Source: a virus
IMG/VR virus record: IMGVR_UViG_3300045988_151684
Location: 39,994-103,993 of that record
Length of the DNA stretch: 64,000 bases
Reading direction: 5' to 3' (one strand)
Shown here: positions 10,119-18,569 of the stretch, one piece after another
Layout: every line of letters begins with the position of its first letter
How positions within the stretch are numbered: position 1 is the first letter of the stretch
The notes under the pieces: model-generated
Databases searched by the model: none
Told to the model about the DNA's origin: nothing
What the model saw: only the letters and a program-made list of their open reading frames with translations
Made by a program: the position numbers and the translations under genes

Positions 10119-11346
10119 TGCTTTTCACCTCGTTGTTTTCATACGCTTTTCCTATATCTTCTAATTTCACATATGAACCATTAACCATATGCACATCACC
10201 GCCTATACATGGCGGTATATCTAAACGGTCACGAGCTTCATTGACGCTATACACTGATGATTGAACCATTTTTTGCAAAACATCTGCCTGTTGCTGCGGA
10301 TCACCGCGTAATATTGTCCAAACATTGAATTTAAATCCTAATCCAGCTAATTGTTCTTTTTTAGTTAATAATTTTCTATTCATTTCCTGCTCATAAATTG
10401 TGACATTATATAGCAAGGTATTAACATAAAATTGCAAATTTTGCATAGCACTATTGTTATAACTTGATTTTGTATAATCATTTAGATGATCTGGATTTAC
10501 CCCAAAAGCAGCTGCTATCTGTAATGCATTGTATTTGCGCAATTCATAAAACTGTGAATCGGTCAATTTTAAATCAATTGGCTGAATATCAAAACCTACG
10601 GGTAAGGTAATCATGCGCCTAGCATCATCCCGGGATTGTTCATCAATCCTTTTTAAAAGTTTTCTTTGTTCAATACTATTTAAATCACCAACATATTTAA
10701 CCACGGCATTAGCCGTTAGCCCATGACTATATAAATTGGTTAAAAATTCTTGGGCAGCCTTATTGCCTGCCATATTTGCGGCCAATATCTCTCGTACTGA
10801 TTTTCCAACATAACAACCATTTTCAGTAATCCACGCTTTGACGTGTAACATATTTTCAGGATCTATCCAAAAATCTTTACCGGAACCACTATCAAAATAA
10901 CGATAATAATACTGCCGTTTTGTATAATCAGCTGTATTATTAACCCAAACTTGAACCTTTTGTGGATCAAGTAAATGCAATCCCTTTAAAATAGAATTTT
11001 CCCGCTCAATATACGCATAACCATTGCCATAATGGTTGCGACAATATTCCAATCTAGAAAAAAATTGTATTGGTGTCATTATTTTATTTGGTGCTATGCT
11101 AAAAATTGAAACAGTTTCATGATGGCTTATTCTATTCTTTTCCTTATCAATTAGATAAACTGGCATTTTTCCCAAATTTTCAGCTAACGTTTTTAAACAT
11201 GTAAAATAAGTTATTTCAGCTAAATCCGGACCACCAATTTTATTTTTTGATGCAAAAAATAATTCATTTATATCATTCAAAGAAATATTAGCTGTCATAT
11301 TATTTATTTTTCTTTTAAGCAACGTCAATATACTAATCTTCCTCAC
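10090..11346 (-). CDS. phage portal protein
   Basis: 418 aa, immediately downstream of the large terminase. Confidence 0.75.
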   Translation of the reverse strand: MRKISILTLLKRKINNMTANISLNDINELFFASKNKIGGPDLAEITYFTCLKTLAENLGKMPVYLIDKEKNRISHHETVSIFSIAPNKIMTPIQFFSRLEYCRNHYGNGYAYIERENSILKGLHLLDPQKVQVWVNNTADYTKRQYYYRYFDSGSGKDFWIDPENMLHVKAWITENGCYVGKSVREILAANMAGNKAAQEFLTNLYSHGLTANAVVKYVGDLNSIEQRKLLKRIDEQSRDDARRMITLPVGFDIQPIDLKLTDSQFYELRKYNALQIAAAFGVNPDHLNDYTKSSYNNSAMQNLQFYVNTLLYNVTIYEQEMNRKLLTKKEQLAGLGFKFNVWTILRGDPQQQADVLQKMVQSSVYSVNEARDRLDIPPCIGGDVHMVNGSYVKLEDIGKAYENNEVKSNGDKNPKSN

Positions 11347-13081
11347 CTTCTTTCTCAGTGATTTCCAGCCACTCAGCTAAAGCAGCATGACCATCAACTG
11401 TATCACTTTTTTGTGAAAACCATACTTTCCAAGCATCTATAATGGCATCTACACAATCAATACGATTTGTTTGTGTCATCTTATCAATTTTTATCTCACC
11501 AAATGAATTAGGTGCTGAAATAATTGCATTTACAGCGCTCCATGTCATTAATGCATTTTGTTTATCATACATTACTTGCCCAGATTTAACAGATAACTGA
11601 AAATCTTTTGTAACATCATTTAATGACCGTGCTGACTGCTTAATCTCAGTTAAATCACAATCCAAAATTTGTTCCAAATCTTCTAAAAAGGCACTGGCAT
11701 TATGCGCATCATAACCACATCCTATTATTTTTAAATGATATTTGTTTATCATATTATTTAATTCTGAAATGATATGCTTATAATCTGTTTTTATGCCATA
11801 CATGCCAGATGTAAGCGTCAATAAACCTGCATTTTTCCACATTCCATACGGTGCATCATCTGACTGTATATGTTCAGCCAAACGTAACTCTGGCATATAA
11901 CTATGTGAGTATAAATATATCCTTGACTGCTCCAGTGGGAAAAGCAACGCTATACTTGTTAAATCACCGCCACTAGATAAATCTATACCTAAAAAACATT
12001 CCTTGCCTTCCATGTCAGAAATTTTTTTATTAGCGCCGCATCGCTTCCAGCACTCTAAATCCAGTAACGCACCGCCTGTATATGTTACCCAGCGGTTTAA
12101 CGATTTGGTTTGAAAATTAACTAATTCATTTCCTTGTTTTTCCTTTGCATCTATTGCCTTTTCAGCCATTCGTGCAACCATTTGCTTATTGATAGTATCA
12201 TCATCATTCCATAGATACAGCGGATTTGCTTTAGCCCAATTTTCTGGCAGCCAAATATCATCATCTTGATCCATTTCAGCAATATATATAAATAGCGATT
12301 CTTTTTTTACATTTCCTGTCAACACTTTTTTGCAATATTGATATTGCTCATAGCATGGACCATTAAGATTAAATCCAGCCGTTGTAATCGCTAGCGTCAA
12401 AGCATTATCAACCAAAATTTGACCATCATTTACTAACTTGTACATCTGATTGGTTGGATGCGCATGATATTCATCAACAATTGCTAGTATTGTTCTAAAA
12501 CCATCTGCGCTTTTAGTGTCTCTGCCAATAGCTTTTATAACTGTTCCAGTTATACGTGATGTAATAACATGATCGTATTTACGGATTGTATATAATTCAG
12601 CTAGGTCTGAATCTGATTCAATAAATTTTTGCACATCTTCCCAAACAATATTAGCCTGGTCCTGTTTAGTAGCTGTACAAAATATCCGCCCATAATTATA
12701 TCCTCCAAATGTAGCAAAATCATTGCATAATTCACCAGCTATAAATGATTTACCATTTTGTCGTCCCATTTGGATATAACCCTCACGAAAGCGACGCAAT
12801 TTACTACGTTTTTTTCGCCAGCCAAATAAGCTTCCAATTATAAAATTTTGAAAACCTCTTGTTTTTAACGGTTTCGGACTGCCTTCACCTATTGTCAATG
12901 TATTTGCTATAGCTATATGACGCTCTGCTTGTTTAACATCAAAAATATATTCAAAATTTTTATTTTCCATGTCATTAAGATGACGTTTACAAGCTAAATA
13001 CTCAGCACGACCACATATTTTTTTACCACTTATTATTTTTTTTGCGTATTCAGTAGTTAAGTCTTTCATCACACATAGCAA
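11333..13081 (-). CDS. terL: terminase large subunit
   Basis: 582 aa with an ATPase-like N-terminal half and a nuclease-like C-terminal half, between the small terminase and portal. Confidence 0.85.
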   Translation of the reverse strand: MLCVMKDLTTEYAKKIISGKKICGRAEYLACKRHLNDMENKNFEYIFDVKQAERHIAIANTLTIGEGSPKPLKTRGFQNFIIGSLFGWRKKRSKLRRFREGYIQMGRQNGKSFIAGELCNDFATFGGYNYGRIFCTATKQDQANIVWEDVQKFIESDSDLAELYTIRKYDHVITSRITGTVIKAIGRDTKSADGFRTILAIVDEYHAHPTNQMYKLVNDGQILVDNALTLAITTAGFNLNGPCYEQYQYCKKVLTGNVKKESLFIYIAEMDQDDDIWLPENWAKANPLYLWNDDDTINKQMVARMAEKAIDAKEKQGNELVNFQTKSLNRWVTYTGGALLDLECWKRCGANKKISDMEGKECFLGIDLSSGGDLTSIALLFPLEQSRIYLYSHSYMPELRLAEHIQSDDAPYGMWKNAGLLTLTSGMYGIKTDYKHIISELNNMINKYHLKIIGCGYDAHNASAFLEDLEQILDCDLTEIKQSARSLNDVTKDFQLSVKSGQVMYDKQNALMTWSAVNAIISAPNSFGEIKIDKMTQTNRIDCVDAIIDAWKVWFSQKSDTVDGHAALAEWLEITEKEGEED

Positions 13082-13085
13082 CTAC

Positions 13086-13559
13086 CTATAGGTATTTCAA
13101 ATACTTATTTACCGTTTTTTCTTCTTTAGTTGGAACAATTAATTTCAATCGATCCGTTGTAGCTAATCCTAGTTTCGTACTGCATTTCATTATTTGAGTC
13201 GCTGAATCATTAGCAATTCGACAATAAGCCGATGGTATTTCTCCAACTTTGCCTTCTGTAGTCAAACCTTTTTCATTAAGTGATTTACTCGCAACGATAT
13301 ACCTGCTGTAATTATCTGCATAAATTGCCAATATTGATAAATCCAGGTTATCAAGCAAATTAACTTTAGCTGCTTCACGAACTACTCTATTATATTCATA
13401 AGCAGCCTCATCATTAAGCCACTTGGGAGCGCCTGTTTCTAATTGATCACGTCCGACTTTTAATTTGGATTCTTGCAATTCACGATTCATACGGTCTTTT
13501 TTACTTATTTTACCGGTTGATATACCAATTACTTTTCTTGGTCTTGCCACATGATTCAC
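13086..13559 (-). CDS. terS: terminase small subunit (P27-like)
   Basis: 157 aa, directly upstream of terL. Confidence 0.65.
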   Translation of the reverse strand: MNHVARPRKVIGISTGKISKKDRMNRELQESKLKVGRDQLETGAPKWLNDEAAYEYNRVVREAAKVNLLDNLDLSILAIYADNYSRYIVASKSLNEKGLTTEGKVGEIPSAYCRIANDSATQIMKCSTKLGLATTDRLKLIVPTKEEKTVNKYLKYL

Positions 13560-13668
13560 CTCCTACTAATGTATGTTCACTCAATGCGTATTTGCTTGCA
13601 GTTATATCTATTGGCATTTTTGGCATTTTTCCAAAATAAAAGGGGGAGCGCGCTCCAACTAGTAAATA

Positions 13669-14088
13669 CTAAAACTTTTTTCGCCTTCCCCTGGCAGTAA
13701 CAATATCTATAAGCTTAGCTTGCAATAATTTCTTTTCGTTTCCTTCTTTTTTATAAATATCATGGACCTTTTTATGATTCTTGCGTGATAAAAAAATAAG
13801 ATTATTTATATCAAGTGCTTTGTCCGGTTTTTCTTCCAGTGTATATATGTGATGTACTATATTTCCAGCCTGATATTGTTTTGATTCTGCCATAACCAAT
13901 TCATCAGCACCGTGTGCTATTATCTTTATTTTTTCAACTATCTTTCGCCATGCTAAACTATGATAAAATTTATTTTTTTTCTGATCACGTTTCTCATTGT
14001 TATACTGACGTTGCCGTAAGCTAACGCATGGGCAAGTTACACCTTGTGGTAGTTTACGGCCACATGCGCTACATATGGTCATAAGCAC
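13669..14088 (-). CDS. HNH endonuclease (packaging-associated)
   Basis: CxxC pairs and the HHIYTLEE...N...H motif, upstream of terS. Confidence 0.75.
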   Translation of the reverse strand: MLMTICSACGRKLPQGVTCPCVSLRQRQYNNEKRDQKKNKFYHSLAWRKIVEKIKIIAHGADELVMAESKQYQAGNIVHHIYTLEEKPDKALDINNLIFLSRKNHKKVHDIYKKEGNEKKLLQAKLIDIVTARGRRKKF

Positions 14089-14189
14089 ATTATATTCACC
14101 TTCCCTCTATTCATTTTAGATAATAAGCCTAAATAACTATCTCGGCATTAAATATAGTTATCCTTATTGAAAATAATAGCATTGATTGG

Positions 14190-14600
14190 CTAGTTTAAGG
14201 TGCTGCCTTTTAATCGCAAATGCATTTCAATTATTCGATTTATTATTTGCCGCCACCACTCTTTTAATGTTCTTTCAGCAAATAAACAACGAGCATTAAT
14301 AAAACGTTTATTTATTTCCTCTGCATATCGTCTTTGAACATATGCTGTCCAAGCGTGCCGCCCACGGCCATTTGTTTTCTTGCCTTCTGCTTCTTGACGT
14401 ACCATAATAAATATTCTTTTTCGTTCACCGTATGTTCGCAAGGTTAAATCTATAGCCTGCAACCACTCATTATCTTTAATATTTTTATCCACTTGGGTTT
14501 GGTAAATATCATAATTTAGAATATACTTAGCTGCCATTTTACGATCTTCCCGCATTTGTTTAACAATTTCTTGCGCATTGTCATACTGATATTTTTTCAT
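14190..14600 (-). CDS. putative late-gene transcriptional regulator (ArpU/RinA-like); likely start MKKYQYDN
   Basis: About 136 aa, upstream of HNH-terS. Basic C-terminus. RBS AAGGGG before the ATG at about 14600. Confidence 0.3.
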   Translation of the reverse strand: MKKYQYDNAQEIVKQMREDRKMAAKYILNYDIYQTQVDKNIKDNEWLQAIDLTLRTYGERKRIFIMVRQEAEGKKTNGRGRHAWTAYVQRRYAEEINKRFINARCLFAERTLKEWWRQIINRIIEMHLRLKGSTLN

Positions 14601-14666
14601 AATTTCCCCTTTTATGTAATACGTGTTTATAAAACTCCTTGGCAATAGTCAGTTTTTGAAATCTCC

Positions 14667-14695
14667 TTGACAATATAGGATAAAACATATATTAT
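14667..14695 (+). promoter_or_regulatory. Sigma70-like promoter TTGACA-17-TATTAT for TA module 1, with 9-bp TATAGGATA direct repeats at about 14674 and 14699 flanking the -10
   Basis: Read directly from the sequence. Confidence 0.5.
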
Positions 14696-14732
14696 ATCTA
14701 TAGGATATATCACATATTATCAAGGAGTAACA

Positions 14733-15089
14733 ATGTCAGATTTTGAAGTCAGTTTCTATACTTGCCACGATGGCGGCAAGCCTGCTAAAGATTTTATCCT
14801 TGGTCTGGATAAGAAGATGCGTACCAAAATGTTACGCACCATCGAAATTCTTGAAGATAAGGGCAATCTGCTCCGTGAGTCATATTCTAAGCATTTAGAC
14901 GATGGTATCTTTGAACTTCGTGCCAAAGTCGGCAGCGATATTTCACGGGTGCTATATTTCTTCGTGGTAAACCACGAAATTATACTCTCCCACGGCTTCA
15001 TCAAGAAAACTCAAAAGACACCACCTGCCGAAATCGAACGTGCAAAAAAGAACCGTAAGGACTATTTGGAAAGGATGACTGACAAATGA
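14733..15089 (+). CDS. type II toxin, Gp49-like / HigB-RelE superfamily
   Basis: 118 aa. The motif GFIKKTQKTPPAEIERAKK is characteristic of phage Gp49-like (PF05973-type) toxins. It sits toxin-first and overlaps the downstream HTH gene by 4 nt. Confidence 0.65.
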   Translation: MSDFEVSFYTCHDGGKPAKDFILGLDKKMRTKMLRTIEILEDKGNLLRESYSKHLDDGIFELRAKVGSDISRVLYFFVVNHEIILSHGFIKKTQKTPPAEIERAKKNRKDYLERMTDK

Positions 15090-15364
15090 GCGAATTTAGG
15101 GATTTTCTCAATAAACAACTGCAAGATCCAGAAATTAAGGCCGAATATGATGCTTTAGAACCGGAATTTGCCATTATTCGCGCCATGATTGATGCACGGG
15201 AACGGCAGGGCATAACTCAAAAGGAATTAGCCGCCCGCACCGGCATTGCGCAGGCCGATATAAGCAAACTGGAAAACGGCAACGCCAATCCATCCATCAA
15301 GACTCTTAAACGCCTGGCATCCGGCCTTGGTTGTCGCCTAAAAATTGAATTTGCAGCCCTATGA
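15086..15364 (+). CDS. XRE-family HTH antitoxin (HigA-like)
   Basis: HTH QKELAARTGIAQADISKLENG. Confidence 0.65.
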   Translation: MSEFRDFLNKQLQDPEIKAEYDALEPEFAIIRAMIDARERQGITQKELAARTGIAQADISKLENGNANPSIKTLKRLASGLGCRLKIEFAAL

Positions 15365-15391
15365 GGAAAGGCCTTTGCAGAATTTGATATG

Positions 15392-15446
15392 ATACCTCTA
15401 AAGTAGATAAGGTAAATAACTAAAATCTACTTTGGAGGTATTTTTA
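15392..15446 (+). terminator. Rho-independent terminator: 17-bp inverted repeat ATACCTCTAAAGTAGAT / ATCTACTTTGGAGGTAT with a 16-nt loop, then TTTTT
   Basis: Read directly from the sequence, just after the antitoxin stop. Confidence 0.6.
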
Positions 15447-15595
15447 TGGGTAGAAAAACCAAATGTACGTTTGAAGAAAAAGTTTCTGCTGATAAAAATT
15501 TGCACTAGAAAAGGCCACCCGCATTTTTGCGAGTGGCCATCAGGTACACTTCTATGCCCTGATAATATCATGTTCGGTATTCGGTTGTCAAATTT

Positions 15596-15793
15596 TTATT
15601 TTGTTGTCATCATACGCTCGGCGCGAGCGCGGTCTTTTTTGACGATTTCAGCGTATTTCTTGATAAGTTCCCATTCGTCATCATGCGCCCGTACCTGCCG
15701 TTGTTTGCGCTGATTGCTTTCGGCCTTGGTTGTTCCCTTTGGCCTGCCAGCCCCGGCGCGTTTGCCGCCCCAACCGTTGTTAGTATCTGCCAT
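15596..15793 (-). CDS. small basic phage protein (hypothetical)
   Basis: 65 aa with GWGGKRAGAGRPKG. Confidence 0.35.
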   Translation of the reverse strand: MADTNNGWGGKRAGAGRPKGTTKAESNQRKQRQVRAHDDEWELIKKYAEIVKKDRARAERMMTTK

Positions 15794-15953
15794 GCCCCAT
15801 CACCTTCTTCAGAACAAAAAGCGATACCGCCAGAGCTGCTAGTGACACTGCCAAAGTTACACTTGTCAATATTTCCATTTTCGTGATATGAAAACTATGC
15901 TATAATTATCTTAACCCTCCAATGGAGGGGGAGGCTTTCGCCTCCCATCGCTT

Positions 15954-16064
15954 TTACTTGCGATGTTCTTCTTTATAAGCCTTGTACATCAGTAATGCCG
16001 TTACCAGTTGGATTACTGCTGTTACAAGGCTTATTGTGTTTGCTATAATTTGCATTGTTTCCAT
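15954..16064 (-). CDS. small single-TM peptide (36 aa, METMQIIANTISLVTAVIQLVTALLMYKAYKEEHRK)
   Basis: RBS GGAGGTGAGGAT before the ATG. A GGGAGGC / GCCTCCC hairpin lies 8 nt past the stop. Below the ORF-track cutoff. Confidence 0.3.
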   Translation of the reverse strand: METMQIIANTISLVTAVIQLVTALLMYKAYKEEHRK

Positions 16065-16192
16065 ATCCTCACCTCCTTTCTATGATTTTATTATATATCA
16101 TCTTGATTATTTTGTCAATCATAAAATCAAAAAATTTATGGGAACATCATTTTTAGCTCCCGCTAGTACCTATAACCCCCGGGGGCTATATT

Positions 16193-16211
16193 TGTGCCCA
16201 AGTTGGGCACA
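16193..16211. repeat. 19-bp perfect palindrome TGTGCCCAAGTTGGGCACA (candidate parS copy), with CCCCCGGGGG next to it
   Basis: Read directly. A near-identical palindrome occurs at 19843. Confidence 0.4.
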
Positions 16212-16216
16212 ATCTC

Positions 16217-16567
16217 TCAGACATCCCAGCCCATTGCCTTCCTGTTGAGCCTATAGACTTCGTCTGCGCTCATCCCCTCACGCTCTGCAACGATTGCAAG
16301 CAATTCATCACGTTGAATGTTACCTGAATGAGCACCAATATGGCAGCACGTACACAGCTGAACCAAGTTGTATGATACATCGCCACCGCCGCTGCCAACC
16401 GTGAAAATGTGATGTGGTTCAATTCCTGCGTAACGCCCGCAACGTTCGCAGAAGTTCTTGCGTGCAGCTTTGATGGCTTTGCGGTCCTTTATTCTCTTGT
16501 GTTTACTGAGTCCCAACAACATATTTCCTCCTTTGCATACAAAAAGACCGTTGGGGTACTCCCGCAA
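16217..16567 (-). CDS. HNH / zinc-finger nuclease-like protein
   Basis: CERCGR...HHIF...C..CH motifs. Confidence 0.45.
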   Translation of the reverse strand: MREYPNGLFVCKGGNMLLGLSKHKRIKDRKAIKAARKNFCERCGRYAGIEPHHIFTVGSGGGDVSYNLVQLCTCCHIGAHSGNIQRDELLAIVAEREGMSADEVYRLNRKAMGWDV

Positions 16568-16679
16568 CGGTCTGCTTTCTTTTGGGCACTAAAATAGCCG
16601 CCCGTTATACGCGGACGGCTTTGCTCTGCAATAGTTAGTGCTTTACACGCTCTATTATACCTTCCTCTCATTCTGACTG

Positions 16680-17156
16680 TCAACCGTCGCACAATCTTCG
16701 ATAAAGTTCTTTTGTCGTGGGTTTGGATAAGTCCGTCTTGTGCCGGGGCTTTCCGCTTCTTGAGCCGCCGCCTTTCGTAGGCCGTCCGCCAATTATAGCC
16801 GCATATATGTCTTGCGAATGATTGAACACCGGGAAATCCTCGGTGGTCTCCATAACTGCGCGGATATCGTTGCGGGTTTCCGCGTGTGTTTTTTTGCCGT
16901 ACCAGACTTCAGTGGCACATTGCGGACATTTGCAATAGGTATCGTCTATTGCTATCATCGGGACACGGCATCGCTGGCAATACCATACACCGTGTTTCTT
17001 GATCGCAAGTTCCGCGCCTTGCTTATTTTGTTTGTAGCTTGCTTCGCCGCTTGGCCATGCTTCGGCTCCGCACTCCGGGCATTTATCAAACATTCCCGCT
17101 TGTGGCTCCATTAGCACCCTGCATTCCTGACAAAACCACGTCTTGTCGTTTTCCAT
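16680..17156 (-). CDS. tandem zinc-ribbon protein (hypothetical)
   Basis: Two CxxC...CPxC repeats. Confidence 0.45.
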   Translation of the reverse strand: MENDKTWFCQECRVLMEPQAGMFDKCPECGAEAWPSGEASYKQNKQGAELAIKKHGVWYCQRCRVPMIAIDDTYCKCPQCATEVWYGKKTHAETRNDIRAVMETTEDFPVFNHSQDIYAAIIGGRPTKGGGSRSGKPRHKTDLSKPTTKELYRRLCDG

Positions 17157-17222
17157 TAGTTCGAGCCTCCTCCGCGGTTCTTCTTTTTCCTCTGCTTGTG
17201 TTTCTTTCGATTCTTTGGCTGC

Positions 17223-17393
17223 TTATTTATTATAACGGTGTGCTGGCTGGCTATTTTCACCAGCCTTAGATATTCCCTTAGCTTCATGACTTCGTCCCTC
17301 CCAGCCAGGTATTTTATCCGGCTTATCAGATTTTGTTCCGCTCACCCAAATAATGGTCATGATGAAGATAGCCACTGCTAATATATCAAGCAT
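17223..17393 (-). CDS. small membrane protein (56 aa from MLDILAVAIFIMTIIWV)
   Basis: Internal ATG with RBS GGAGGG. One TM helix. Confidence 0.35.
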   Translation of the reverse strand: MLDILAVAIFIMTIIWVSGTKSDKPDKIPGWEGRSHEAKGISKAGENSQPAHRYNK

Positions 17394-17535
17394 GTTTATC
17401 CCTCCGGTTTGCTTCTTTCTCGTAATACCTGCGAACGCTTCTTTCGTAGTCGCAACGTCCGCCCACGGCAAAAATTACGGTTATCATCATGCCAAAGATG
17501 GCACCGAGCATAAAATCGATTACACACTCCAGCAT
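17386..17535 (-). CDS. small membrane protein (49 aa from MLECVIDFMLGAIFGMMITVIFAV)
   Basis: Internal ATG with RBS GGGGAGG. One TM helix. Confidence 0.35.
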   Translation of the reverse strand: MLECVIDFMLGAIFGMMITVIFAVGGRCDYERSVRRYYEKEANRRDKHA

Positions 17536-17540
17536 GTTTT

Positions 17541-17849
17541 TTATTCCTCCCCGTATATGATTCTCTTTCCCTGTTGCAGCGCAAAAGCTGTTTCCGCTCG
17601 GCATCCGTTAGAATCTTCCCAGCCGTTGCAAACCAGCAACGTATCGCAACGTGATAATAGTTCAAGGCACTGGCTCAGTTCCTGACAGTAGTTCACGGTT
17701 TTATTATCCGCATCGCCGAACAACCCCAGTGGCGTTATAAATACTTTGTCCGGGTATTTCGCCTGTAAACACGCCCTGATAGCTTTCGCCTTTTTTATAT
17801 TACTTTCTTCGTCCCCCGTGAACGGGTGGGCAATATATACAAGCTCCAT
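17541..17849 (-). CDS. DUF4406-type nucleoside 2-deoxyribosyltransferase-like protein
   Basis: 102 aa. MELVYIAHPFTGDEE...LLVCNGWEDSNGCRAE resembles the phage-associated DUF4406 family. Confidence 0.45.
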   Translation of the reverse strand: MELVYIAHPFTGDEESNIKKAKAIRACLQAKYPDKVFITPLGLFGDADNKTVNYCQELSQCLELLSRCDTLLVCNGWEDSNGCRAETAFALQQGKRIIYGEE

Positions 17850-17850
17850 G

Positions 17851-18093
17851 TTATTTTCGTCCTTTCCGTTCTTTTACCTTGCGCTGCTTGATTTGCCCGC
17901 ACATAATGCCAAAATACCGACGCCAATATTTCTCGCTCCGGTTGTCGATAGCCACCTGCAGCTTAATCTTGACACCGAACACTTTTTCAACGCTTGCACT
18001 GATATCTGCAATAATCTTCCTCTTTTCTTTTTCCCATTCCTTGCGAAACTCGGCGAAGTCCGCCGTGGCGTCCTCTGCCCATAGCTTTATCAT
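17851..18093 (-). CDS. hypothetical phage protein
   Basis: 80-aa ORF in an operon. Confidence 0.35.
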   Translation of the reverse strand: MIKLWAEDATADFAEFRKEWEKEKRKIIADISASVEKVFGVKIKLQVAIDNRSEKYWRRYFGIMCGQIKQRKVKERKGRK

Positions 18094-18284
18094 TTCATCA
18101 CCTTCTTTTTTTTCCGTTCCAGTTCTTCTAACATCGTGTCACAGCTTCGGCGGACGGCATTTACAGTATGGCTTTTCATTATTCCAGCCTTAAATGCGTC
18201 CAGCGCTTTTTTTCGTTGTTTTAAAACTTCACTTTCTGCCTGCTTGATTTCATCAAGTGTCATTTTATTTTTTAATACAATCAT
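18090..18284 (-). CDS. hypothetical phage protein
   Basis: 64-aa ORF in an operon. Confidence 0.3.
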   Translation of the reverse strand: MIVLKNKMTLDEIKQAESEVLKQRKKALDAFKAGIMKSHTVNAVRRSCDTMLEELERKKKKVMK

Positions 18285-18302
18285 GCTCTCCCTCTTTCCA
18301 GT

Positions 18303-18569
18303 CTATTCAGTCCACTTCATAACGCCAGCTTTTACCATCTCATTGGCGTCTTTGAATCCATGACTTTGTGCATGGTCATTGCTGACAAAAGTTGACCATT
18401 GCCCGCATATTTTACAAATGCCCGCCCGCCAGCGCGTCGGTTTAACCTGCCGTGGTACAACCGCTGGATGCCGATGATTATCTTGCTCAATGATGGCGCA
18501 TATTGACTGACTGATTTCTTTCCGCCCACAGCGTTGCTGCTTTAAATACTCGCTTTGATGTTTTTTCAT
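18303..18569 (-). CDS. hypothetical phage protein
   Basis: 88-aa ORF. Confidence 0.35.
   Translation of the reverse strand: MKKHQSEYLKQQRCGRKEISQSICAIIEQDNHRHPAVVPRQVKPTRWRAGICKICGQWSTFVSNDHAQSHGFKDANEMVKAGVMKWTE

Noticed and set aside
15446-15508. 20-aa ORF MGRKTKCTFEEKVSADKNLH with an apparent GGAGG RBS, whose N-terminus vaguely resembles IS3 OrfA starts
   Set aside because: The RBS and start lie inside the 3' arm and T-tract of the TA-module terminator. It is too short, and there is no downstream transposase reading frame.
17396-17665. 89-aa and 72-aa alternative-frame ORFs overlapping the small-membrane-protein genes
   Set aside because: Internal ATGs with strong RBSs give simpler non-overlapping small TM proteins. 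The long forms lack RBSs.
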